A DNA stretch of 64,000 nucleotides from Chrysemys picta bellii (taxonomy: Eukaryota): positions 20,584,001 to 20,648,000 of the forward strand of contig NC_088803.1 in NCBI RefSeq assembly GCF_011386835.1, read 5' to 3'. The translations under genes were made by a program, and so were the position numbers. Below the pieces are notes generated by a model, which was not told where the DNA came from, ran no database searches, and saw nothing but the letters and a program-made list of their open reading frames with translations. This document shows positions 25,290-36,546 of the stretch, in pieces. The first letter of the stretch is position 1, and every line of letters begins with the position of its first letter.

Positions 25290-27449
25290 CAAGTCTCCTA
25301 CCAAAACCAGTTTCACTCATCCCTTTGTCTAAATTTCCCCTTCCCACTAGCTCTCAGTCCCAGTCTCCCTCTCCAGGCTCCTCATCCAATATCACTATCT
25401 TCCCCTCGCCCCCATCTCATTTCCTTCTGCCAGTCTCTTTCCCCAGCCAGTGCTGATTCTGCTCCTTCACCCTGGCTTCTCGTTGGATTTGTCCACCATG
25501 CCTCCTCCGCCCTGTTCTACTGATTCTCAGTCCCATTCTTCCTGCTCTGATAGTCCCAGTATCTCCCCCAGCTCCTCATCTGATCTCAGTCTCCCCGTCA
25601 CTTACTGGCTATCAACACTGCCCCGCCCCATGTCCTTCCCTGGCATTCAGTCCTACTTTCTTTGCCCAGGTAGTCTCCCTCCCAACTCTCAGCACTAGTT
25701 TTATTGCCCAGTTAGTCCCCGTCTATTTCCAAAGCTCCCAGTTTCCTTGTCCAGTCGCCTCTCCATGCCAGCTTCCAGTTTTTCTCCCATCACCTTAGTT
25801 AAAAAAATGCCCCTTGACTTCATCAGGAGAACTTTCTTTCTTATTTTCATGCAGAACCTAGCACAATGTGACCCTGATCCTTCATTCTGGTGCTATTGTA
25901 ACAATTGTAATCATTAAGGCCAGTCATCATTTTTTATCAGCAGAATGGTGACTTTCAATTAAATGAAAATATTCACATAAAATGTCTGCTTTCCTCAAAA
26001 CAATTCAATTTTTCATTGGAAAATAATTCTCCCTCTCACAGTTTGCAATTAAGTTTTCAACTGAATATTTTTAGTATTTCAATGAAAACTGAAAAGTTTC
26101 AGTAAGGGAAAAAAGTTCAGAGCAGCTCTTATAATAACAAACACAATCAAAACTTAGATTTAGTGACACTTCAGGTTGCATCAGGGCACTCCCCACTAAC
26201 CAGAACATAAAACCATTGAAACCAGAATTGAAAGAAAAGTCTTCTGTATTGCTTGCCACCATCACATTACAGACAACACTGTTGATAATTCACTATGACA
26301 TTCCATATGGCTTTCAGATCGATCTCCAACAGAAGCCTGAAAACAATACATACCCCAGCTTCATTCAACTTGCAGAACCTTAATAGTGACTTCATGCTCT
26401 CTTCTCTCAATAGATCAACAAAGCTGTGTAACACACAGCTCAAGTACTTCCAAAGTGCATCTGCTTTAAAGTTGCTGAGAACTGGAATTTGAAAATTTCA
26501 CCCCAGACTCAAGGACCACGACTATCATGGCTGTTAGGGTTCTATCAACAGCCAGTAAAGTCACTTTTATCCTGGCAACATCTCCTCTGCACTGACGTCT
26601 GAACAATGAGCACTGACTTCAATGATGAGTATTTCTGCTTGGTTCCTAGAAGCTCTGGGACATGGTCCCCGGGTACTTCGTTAGGTTCAAAACTTCAAGA
26701 TAGATTTTTTTTATTGTTGCTTTGTTCTGGGATTACAGTGATTCACCAGACTGAAATATAGGGCTCACAGGAACTGAGTGTGTTTTTAGTCTTCTTTCCA
26801 TAAAGATGCTGGTTACCCTCCTCACATGAACATGCCCAGTGAAACCAACTGTGTGACCAGTTCCACAACCCTTACTCTCATTGAGTAGAGCATACTGATG
26901 CAAGTAGTTCTGCTGAATAAGGGGTGCGGAATTGGCCCCCATGTGAATAACAATTCCTTTTTTCAAATTTCAGAATTTCCCACAGAATGGGAATTCAAGT
27001 TCTAAACCAGCTCTACCATGGACAAAACTAATTGAACAGAGTGCCTTCATATTCAGTCAGTTATGCTGGTACCTTGTGTCCACAGGGTGTATTGGGGAAA
27101 GATGTGTTGTACTCTGTATATGAACCCCAGTGTCCCCTATTGGCACCTTCTAGCATGTTACCTTGTGGGAGATTTTCACAGTGCATTGTGGAATACCTTT
27201 ATGTCTCTCAGAGACTTGAGGGAATCCAGGGAAAACTGTTGACAATTCCCTCCGTTCCATCCAGTAGCCTGCTGCTCTCATGCCCAGTGTATGTATGAAT
27301 TGTCCACTGCAAAGATGCATGCAGTGCAGAGAAACACAGCACTCTCCTCCATTTTATATATAGAGCAACCCATTCTGTTTTATTTGCTAGGCCCCAGTGT
27401 TCAGATCGAGTCACCTGTGGATGAACGAACTGATAGTCCTGCGGATACG

Positions 27450-28350
27450 CCCGTACAACTTCCCAAGACCAGGTGCACCCAGCAGAGAGGTGGTTTGGGG
27501 CCCATCCAATGAGCACTGAATGCAGGACTGGGTTATGATGAAAACTTGGGATGACCAGCAGTTGCTCCAGGACTTTCAGGTGTAGAAAACCACATTCCTG
27601 GAACTGAGGTCCAAGCTCACCCAAACCCTGCAGTGCACAGACATTGAGATGCACGCTGTCCAGATGGTGGAGAAAAGAATGCATGTTGCCATGTGAAATT
27701 GTGCAACCTCATTTTGCTATCGTTCAGTGGGAAATCAATTTGATTCCAGAAAATCAGTTTTGGAGTACATCATCATGCAGATATGCAAGGTGCGAAATAA
27801 TGTCTTGCTGTTCTGTGTAGAAAACCTGGGCAATGTGCAGGAAATAGTAGATGAAATCTATGACTCCCCTAACAATGCTGAGTCCTTGTTGTGTGTCCTT
27901 TTCCCCAGCTAGACTTTGAGTACATAAATGACAAGGTTTACTACTCCATAGTGCAGAGGCACTGGTGAACTCTAGTGGGTGATTTACTGACATGAATGTT
28001 GGCTGGTTGGGAAAAGTCCACACCTCTCAAACTTTTAGAAATGCTGGGCTTCTTGAAAGGCTGAAAGTTAGGGTGTTCTCCCCATACTGTCCAAGTGACT
28101 TTAACAGGGTTTCTGTGCCAGCTCTGCCTCTCTCTTGGGGACCCGGCCCATCCTTTCCTTCTCTGGAAGTGGTACAATAACGTAGAGAGAATCAAGAAGA
28201 GGTTTTGTGGTCACCTGGGCAAGTTCAGGGTGACTAGGGAGTGGACTTTGAAGAGTAGGTGAAAGTGTTTCATGAAAAGGATCAATCTCTGAGGAGGAAA
28301 ATATTCCAGCAGCTGCTGGTGCATGCTGTGCAGTGCATAATATCTGTGAA
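27450..28350 (+). mobile_element. Harbinger transposase relic, unit C
   Basis: Track ORFs read GNQFDSRKS...LGNVQEIVD and MNVGWLGKVH..FRNAGL. Confidence 0.85.
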
Positions 28351-28436
28351 ACCAATGGTGAGACCCAGCTACTATGCTGGGTGAGTGATGTGGACAGACT
28401 AGATCTGTAAAAAATTTCTGCTCCTAGGCCTACAGT

Positions 28437-28635
28437 TATAATAATATATGGAGATATACCTATCTCAAAGAGCTGGAAGGGACCTTGAAAGGTCATCAAG
28501 TCCAGCCCCCTGCCTTCACTAGCAGGACCAAGTACTGATTTTTGCCCTAGATCTCTAAGTGGTCCCCTCAAGGATTGAACTCACATCTTTATGTTTAGCA
28601 GACCAATGCTCAAACCACTGAGCTATCCCTCCCCC
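28437..28635 (-). mobile_element. Tortoise Pol III/SINE (tRNA-derived head + CR1-derived 3' tail)
   Basis: On the minus strand: GGGATAGCTCAGTGG (A box), GTTCAATCC (B box), then ggacttgatgacctttcaaggtcccttccagctct (CR1-like tail) and (tat)n end; absent at the paralogous site ~20875. Confidence 0.88.
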
Positions 28636-29228
28636 CAATAGCATTCCCATTCTGTTTAATGACAAGAGAAGAGAGGGTAGAAGTTGATAAAGTACAGTTT
28701 GGAGCTGAAGAGAAATGGTCAAATGAAAAAAACTCAATATTGATGTATTTTATAAGCGCCTGTACGGAAAAGCTAGAAGTTGAAATATTAAGATGTGTGA
28801 GCTTGAGGGGCTGGTACTAAAGGAGAATATTGATATAATAAGCATCACAGAAACTTGGTGGAATGATGATAATCAATCAGACATGGTAATACCAGGCACA
28901 GAATATATAGGACTGACAGAATAGGTCATGCGGTTGGGGGAGAGGAACTATTGTGAAAGAAGGCTGTCATAAATATTAAAGGAAGAGTAATGTATTCAGT
29001 AACATAAATCCCTCCTGGGCAGAGGTACAGAATCACTTACCTGTAAGGGGTTAATCAGTTCAATTAACCTAGTTGGTACCTGACCAGAAGGACCAATGGA
29101 GAAAGAAGATACTTTCAAATCTGAGGGGGGGAGGTTTTGTTTGTGCTCTCTTTTTTGGTTCCCTCTCAGGACAAAGAGAGAGACCAAGCAGGTAACCCAT
29201 CTCCTAAAAAGATCCTGAACTGATACAT

Positions 29229-32203
29229 TTCCCCACTGATACAAGTGGGGAAATGGGATCCTGGGAGGAAGCACAAGCAGGAGAGCACAAGAGGGGAGGA
29301 CCCCTGTCTCATGCTGAGAAAGAGGGATGATCGATGAGTTATCTTAAGTGCCTATACACAAATGCAAGAAGCCTGGGAAACAAGCAGGGAGAACTGGAAG
29401 TCCTGGCACAGTCAGGGAACTATGATGTGATTGGAATAACAGAGACTTGGTGGGATAACTCACATGACTGGAGTACTGTCATGGATGGATATAAACTGTT
29501 CAGGAAGGACAGGCAGGGCAGAAAAGGTGGGGGAGTTGCGTTGTATGTAAGAGAGGAGTATGACTGCTCAGAGCTCCGGTATGAAACTGCAGAAAAACCT
29601 GAGAGTCTCTGGATAAAGTTGAGAAGTGTGAGCAACAAGGGTGATGTCGTGGTTGGAGTCTGCTATAGACCACCATACCAGGGGGATGAGGTGGACGAGG
29701 CTTTCTTCTGGCAACTAGCAGAAGTTGCTAGATCGCAGGCCCTGGTTCTCGTGGGAGACTTTAATCACCCTGATATCTGCTGGGAGAGCAATACAGCGGT
29801 GCACAGGCAATCCAGGAAATTTTTGGATAGTGTAGGGGACAATTTCCTGTTGCAAGTGCTGGAGGAACCAACTAGGGGCAGAGCTTTTCTTGACCTGCTA
29901 CTCACAAACAGAGAAGAACTAGTAGGGGAAGCAAAAGTGGATGGGAACCTGGGAGGCAGTGACCATGAGATGGTCGAGTTCAGGATCCTGACACAAGGAA
30001 GAAAGGAGAGCAGCAGAATACGGACCCTGGACTTCAGAAAAGCAGACTTTGACTCCCTCAGGGAACAGATGGGCAGGATCCCCTGGGAGAATAACATGAA
30101 GGGCAAAGGGGTCCAGGAGAGCTGGCTGTATTTTAAAGAATCCTTATTGAGGTTGCAGGAACAAACCATCCCGATGTGTAGAAAGAATAGTAAATATGGC
30201 AGGCGACCAGCTTGGCTAAACAGTGAAATCCTTGCTGATCTTAAACGCAAAAAAGAAGCTTACAAGAAGTGGAAGATTGGACAAATGACCAGGGAGGAGT
30301 ATAAAAATATTGCTCAGGCGTGCAGGAGTGAAATCAGGAAGGCCAAATCACACTTGGAGTTGCAGTTAGCAAGAGATGTTAAGAGTAACAAGAAGGGTTT
30401 CTTCAGGTATGTTAGCAACAAGAAGAAAATCAAGGAAAGTGTGGGCCCCTTACTGAATGAGGGAGGCAACCTAGTGACCGAGGATGTGGAAAAAGCTAAT
30501 GTACTCAATGATTTTTTTGCCTCTGTCTTCACGAACAAGGTCAGCTCCCAGACTGCTGCACTGGGCAGTACAGCATGGGGAGAAGGTGACCAACCCTCTG
30601 TGGAGAAAGAAGTGGTTCGGGACTATTTAGAAAAACTGGACGTGCACAAGTCCATGGGGCCGGATGCGCTGCATCCGAGAGTGCTAAAGGAGTTGGCGGG
30701 TGAGATTGCAGAGCCATTAGCCATTATTTTTGAAAACTCATGGCGATCGGGGGAGGTCCCAGATGACTGGAAAAAGGCTAATGTAGTGCCCATCTTTAAA
30801 AAAGGGAAGAAGGAGGATCCGGGGAACTACAGGCCAGTCAGCCTCACCTCAGTCCCTGGAAAAATCATGGAGCAGGTCCTCAAGGAATCAATTATGAAAC
30901 ATTTAGAGGAGAGGAAAGTGATCAGGAACAGTCAGCATGGATTCATGAAGGGGAAGTCGTGCCTGACTAACCTAATTGCCTTCTATGATGAGATAACTGG
31001 CTCTGTGGATGAGGGGAAAGCAGTGGATGTGTTATTCCTTGACTTTAGCAAAGCTTTTGATACGGTCTCCCACAGTATTCTTGCCGCTAAGTTAAAGAAG
31101 TATGGGCTGGATGAATGAACTGTAAGGTGGATAGAAAGCTGGCTAGATCGTCGGGCTAAACAGGTAGTGATCAATGGCTCCATGTCTAGTTGGCAGCCGG
31201 TTTCAAGTGGAGTGCCCCAAGGGTCGGTCCTGGGGCCGGTTTTGTTTAATATCTTTATTAATGATCTGGAGGATGGTGTGGACTGCACTCTCAGCAAGTT
31301 TGCAGATGACACTAAACTAGGAGGCGTGGTAGATACACTAGAGGGTAGGGATCGGATACAGAGGGACCTAGACAAATTAGAAGATTGGGCCGAAAAAAAC
31401 CTGATGAGGTTCAACAAGGACAAGTGCAGAGTTCTGCACTTAGGACGGAAGAATCCCATGCACTGCTACAGACTAGGGACCGAATGGCTAGGTAGCAGTT
31501 CTGCAGAAAAGGACCTAGGGGTCACAGTGGACGAGAAGCTGGATATGAGTCAACAGTGTGCTCTTGTTGCCAAGAAGGCTAACAGCATTTTGGGCTGTAT
31601 AAGTAGGGGCATTGCCAGCAGATCGAGGGACGTGATCGTTCCCCTTTATTCGACATTGGTGAGGCCTCATCTGGAATACTGTGTCCAGTTTTGGGCCCCA
31701 CACTACAAGAAGGATGTGGAAAAATTGGAAAGAGTCCAGCAGAGGGCAACAAAAATGATTAGGGGTCTGGAGCACATGACTTATGAGGAGAGGATGAGGG
31801 AACTGGGATTGTTTAGTCTCCAGAAGAGAAGAATGAGGGGGGATTTGATAGCAGCCTTCAACTACCTGAAGGGGGGTTCCAAAGAGGATGGAGCTCGGCT
31901 GTTCTCAGTGGTGGCAGACGACAGAACAAGGAGCAATGGTCTCAAGTTGCAGTGGGGGAGGTCCAGGTTGGATATCAGGAAAAACTATTTCACTAGGAGG
32001 GTGGTGAAACACTGGAATGCGTTACTTAGGGAGGTGGTGGAGTCTCCTTCCTTGGAGGTTTTTAAGGCCCGGCTTGAGAAAGCCCTGGCTGGGATGATTT
32101 AGCTGGGAATTGGTCCTGCTTTGAGCAGGGGGTTGGACTAGATGACCTCTTGAGGTCCCTTCCAACTCTGATATTCTATGATTCTATGATTCTATGATTC
32201 TAT
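29229..32203 (+). mobile_element. Young CR1 LINE (PsCR1-like), 5'-truncated within the ORF1 C-terminus
   Basis: Carries ORF2 and ends in the CR1 hallmark (ATTCTATG)n tail at 32173-32203; interrupts a solo LTR between tgatacat and ctaaaaatt. Confidence 0.96.
29334..32102 (+). pseudogene. CR1 ORF2 (APE endonuclease + reverse transcriptase) with one in-frame stop
   Basis: EN motifs NARSL, ITETW, GDFN, SDH; RT motifs [20 protein letters not shown]. The two track ORFs 29334-31118 and 31167-32102 are in the same frame, separated only by TGA at 31116-31118 (GLDE*TVRW, expected W). Confidence 0.95.
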
Positions 32204-32862
32204 CTAAAAATTACAGAAATTGTAAGTAATAGCAAGGAAATGTGTTAGATTATCTGTTGTTTCAGCTTGTACATTTAAGAGGGAGGTTTATTCCTGTTTT
32301 TGTAACTTTGAAGTTGAGCCTAGAGAGGAATCCTCTGTGTTTTAAATCTTTTTATTTACCCCGTAAAGTTATCCTCCATCCTGATTTTGCAGGTGTGATT
32401 CTTTTACTTGTTTTTTTAAATAAAATTTTTCTTTTAAGATCCTGATTGATTTCAGTTTCCTAAATACCAGGGATTTGGTCTGTGCTCACTTTGTTAACCT
32501 ATTAGTTGGTATATTATTCTCAAGCCCCCCCAGGAAAGTGGGTGAAGAGATTTGGGGGGATTTTGGGGGGAGATAGGGCTCTAAGTGGCCCCTCCCTGAA
32601 TGTTTGTTTAGATCACTTGGTAGTGGCAGCAATACCGTCCAAGGACAAGGAAAGGAATTTGTGCCTTGGGGAAGTTTTTAACCTAAGCTGGTGGAATATA
32701 AACTTAGGGGTATTTCATGTGGGTCCCCACATCTGTACCCCAGAGTTCAGAGTGGGGAGGAAACCCTGGCAAAGGGTTTATACCTGAAATATAGCTGGGA
32801 GTGGACAACAAAGAGTATGGATCACTCAATTGCTCTGTTCTGTTCATTTCCTCCGAAGATCT

Positions 32863-34035
32863 TGTTGCCGGCACAGAGTGCCCGAGGACAGCAACAGTGG
32901 GGTTCGTTGCCCGGTGTGCTTCGCGCCAATGAACACACCAGGGTGGAGAAGCAATCAAAGTTTATTTGAGATCTCAAAGTGGTGCAAGGAGACAGCCACG
33001 TCTCAAATCAAGCACACCAACATAAGCGGCCTTTGTCTTTTATACAGTTTGCAACTGAGCCTTTCCCTTCTTCCCCCGTCCTTTCTCACCCCCCCTCCTC
33101 CATTCCCACCTCTCCCCCTTTCTCCCTCTGGCTACATTACCTGACCTTGTCTGTGCAGCTTGTTCTCACTGTTTCTTTCTGCAAGTAATCTTGTCCTTTA
33201 GCTAGAAGCATGTAGGTTCCCCTTATCACTACTGCTTCCCAGCTGCTGGCCTGTGAGGTTAGTAAAGTTTAACATGCAAGGGCTTTGATTCACTTTGGCC
33301 TAGAGCGGGGGGGCTTCATCGACTCTCGGGTCTTCCAACCCCCCGAGTTACTTAGTGGCCTAGAGCGGGGGGGGGGGGGGGGGCTTCATCGACTCTCAGG
33401 TCTTCCAACCCCCCGAGTTACCTAGGGTGATGCCTAGTGACACCAGCAACTCCCTCCTTTGAGAATACTCAACAAGCTTTTGGCTGAGTTTTCTCATATT
33501 CTGAGGACAAAATGTGATTTAAGGCCATGGTCTTAGGATCATTGATTAAAGGGAAAAAGGAGGTGTCTTGACTTCTAGAGGTGGTACATACTTTAACCAT
33601 TAAACATTTCAGGCATGAGAAGAGAGCTAGGGTGAGGAAACAAAGTATGAGACCAGTAAGCAGGAGGCGGACAATACCACCTCCCAAGCCCCCTAGGCTA
33701 GGGAACCACTCCAGAGGGTATCAAATAGAGTGGGTTCCTGTTCCTGGGCCTTCCACTGATTGAAGGCCTGTTCAGAGGACAGGATGTGCTTGTGGAATGG
33801 TGGTAGCATTACTAAATGGCCTCCAGGTGTCATTTCCTAGCAGGCTAAAGGGGGCTTCTATGGTGCAGTTTTGCTACAAGGGGGTACCCGAGGTATTTCT
33901 TCCCCTACTGAACCATCCCCAGCAGATATCTGACCAATTTTGGGGGACTACCCTCCAAGGTAACCCTGCCGCGTGGTGCGGGATTTGAGAGCATACCCAG
34001 CAGTTAGAGAGGTTAAACTCTTGGGCAAAGCACTC
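32863..34035 (-). mobile_element. Endogenous retrovirus 3' remnant: deleted env + PPT + 3' LTR (32863-33448)
   Basis: On the minus strand: env-like frame (NLSNCWVC...GLPW...TM anchor and tail), PPT AAAGGAGGGAG (33450-33460), LTR TG..CA with TATAAAA (33038-33044), AATAAA (32961-32966) and U3 direct repeats. Confidence 0.85.
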
Positions 34036-35679
34036 TCCACTCTCCACTCTTCAACTCTCCTGATTTTGATTCAGATGTCTCAATCTACCCTTGTTGATTG
34101 CAAAGCCCAGTGACTCTGGGGGGAATGCTTAGTTCTGATTTGTCCTGGGGCTCCGGGGTGGAGACATGGGAGGGAGGGGAAAGCAAAGACAATGGACTTT
34201 AAGAAGCCTTGTTAGCGATGAGTCACTGCCCTATGCTACTGCACCTTTATCTGTAGAAGCCACGGGATTGGATGAAAGAGCACTTCTCCTTCCCCGGCAG
34301 CCAGCCACCAATGGGACTGACGGAACCCAGAGACATCAGCAACAGCTAACAATTGCCGCAGTCCAGGAGATAGTCACTCAGGAGATGAGCCAGCTAGTGA
34401 AAGAAGCAGCAGAGCTGAAACCAACACCATCGATGGTAAAAACATTTGGAAACACTATAAGAGTCAAGAAGATAGAAAGACCTTCTTACATGTCAAACCT
34501 TTCTTTCATTTAGTTCTTAATTCTTCGCCATTGGGATTACATATTGGAGCAATTTGCAGCAGGGTGTAGTGGATTCTCTGGCAATTTTTTAAAATCAAGA
34601 TCAGATTTTTTTTCTAAAAGATCAGCTCTAGGAATTATTTTAGGGCAGTCATTTGACTTGTGTTCTACAGGAGATCAGGCTAGATGGTCACAGTAGTACC
34701 TTTTACCCTTGGAATTTGGGAATAAATTAAATTAAATAACCCTCCGCTGTAACAAAACCACAGAGATTCACAGATTTCAAGGCCAGAATGGACCATCTGA
34801 TCTTCTAACCTGACCTCCTGTATAATGCCAGCCAGACAATTTCACCCCATTAACCCTGTTCTGTGCCTGAAAACTTGTGTTTTATTAAAGCATTTTCGAG
34901 AAAGGCACTCTGTCTTTAGTTAGACAGACTCCACCATTTCCCTTGGCACTTCGTCCCAACGGTTAAGCACTCTCACTGTCAAAAGCGTGTGCTTGATTTT
35001 TAATTTGAATTTGTCTGGTTTCTCTTCCAGACATTGGATCTTGTTATGCCTTTCTCTGAAAAAATAAAGATGCCTTTTATATCCAGAATATTCTCTCTGT
35101 GCTGATAGTCTGTGATCAAGTCATCCCCCCCCCCACACACACACACATACACACATGATCTTCTTTTTGCTAAGATAAACAGACTGTGTTCTCTACATCT
35201 GGCTCACTCAGGCTTTTTTTCCAGTTCTGACATGATTTTTGTGGCTCTTCTCTGCCATGTCTCCAACTTTTCAACATGAGTTGAGGGTAACTGTGGGGTC
35301 ACGAACTCTCAGTGTGATGTTGTCGCCAAAAAGGCTAACGATCTCTGCTACCAGGGGTTTACAGACATGATCAAATCATCTCTTAACCTTCTCTCTAATA
35401 AACTAAGTACACTAAATACACTAAATCTCCCTTATTATTTCACAGTGAAACATGAAATCAATCTTTTATCTCCCCTCTGCACCATTTTCATTTTTTTAAG
35501 AAATATCCTTTTTGAAGTATGCACCAGATGCAGATATTAGTGGCCTCTCCAGTGCCATAAACGGAGGTAATTAACTTCCCTATTCAGAGCTAGCCATTTA
35601 ATACAACCTCCTATTTACTGTGTTCACAACAGCAAATTCATTAATAGCTCTAAGGTCTTTGAGGAGAGAGGTTGGACTG

Positions 35680-36546
35680 GGGAGTCAGCATGATCCTCCT
35701 CATTAGAGCCAACTCTCGCCTGCACACCCCTATGTATTTCTTCCTCATGAACCTGTCAGTCTTAGACCTCTGCTTCACCTCCACCATCACCCCCAAAGCC
35801 ATGGTGAGCTTCCTAGCAGAGAGCAAAGCCATTTCCTACAATGGATGTGCCACCTAATTCTTCTTCTTTTCTGTCTTCCTCACTGCTGAAGGGTTCCTGC
35901 TGGCAGCCATGGCGTATGATCGGTACATTTTCATCTGCAACCCACTCTTGTACCCCATCACCATGTCCAAGTGGGTTTGTGTTCAGCTGGTGGCGGGGTC
36001 ATATTTTGCTGGCTGTGTGAACTTCATGGTGCAGCCTGGCTTCACCTTTACACTGCACTATTGTGGGTCAAACGAGATCGATCATTTCTTCTGTGATGGC
36101 CCTCCCTCGATTAGTCTCACACCAGTGATACATATGTCAATAACCTGGTGATGTTTACCTTATGCGGCCTTATCATAGGGAGCACCTCCCTGTTCGTGCT
36201 TATCTCCTATTCTTATATCATCTCCACCATCCTCAGGATTCGCTCTGCTGAGGGCAGACACAAAGCTTTCTCCACCTGCACCGCCTATAGAATAGCAGTG
36301 AGTTTATTTTATGGGTCCACAGCTTTCATGTATGCACAGCCCACCTGGTTAACTTCTCTGTACCCAAGGAAAATGGTGTCTGTGTTTTACACCTTTGTCA
36401 TCCGCATGATTAATCCCCTCATCTAGAGTCTAAAGAATAAAGAGGTGAAAGAAGCTTGGGGCAGAACTATGGGGAAGAAATCTTTGAAAAGTAGAACCTT
36501 GCTTATGAACATAGAGACCAAATCTACCTGTGCAGTGCTTTTGTGA
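35680..36546 (+). pseudogene. 5'-truncated, inverted OR pseudogene of the OR5/9 group
   Basis: Begins inside TM1 (..[24 protein letters not shown]). CAA>TAA stop at 35855-35857, frameshift near 36120 ([13 protein letters not shown]), TAC>TAG at 36424-36426 in NPLIY; the frame then continues SLKNKEVKEA. Confidence 0.93.

Larger units (their letters stand above)
28965..32771 (+). mobile_element. Solo LTR (~832 bp net: 28965-29228 + 32204-32771) interrupted by the CR1
   Basis: TG...CA termini, 5-bp flanks AAGGC/AAGGG, empty site at ~8040 in unit A; reverse-complement relative of the LTR at 13671. Confidence 0.85.
21670..35545. repeat. Tandem duplication unit C (contains OR paralog 3), expanded by nested insertions
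   Basis: 21670 aligns to ~955/12505, 23770-28964 aligns to 3016-8044, and 34040-35545 aligns to 8670-10135. Confidence 0.85.

Noticed and set aside
28555-28635. tRNA-like sequence with A and B boxes
   Set aside because: It is the head of a SINE, contiguous with a CR1-derived tail and inserted after the duplication; not a tRNA gene.
29765-31459. Minus-strand 158-161-aa ORFs within the CR1
   Set aside because: Antisense shadows of ORF2, typical of CR1.
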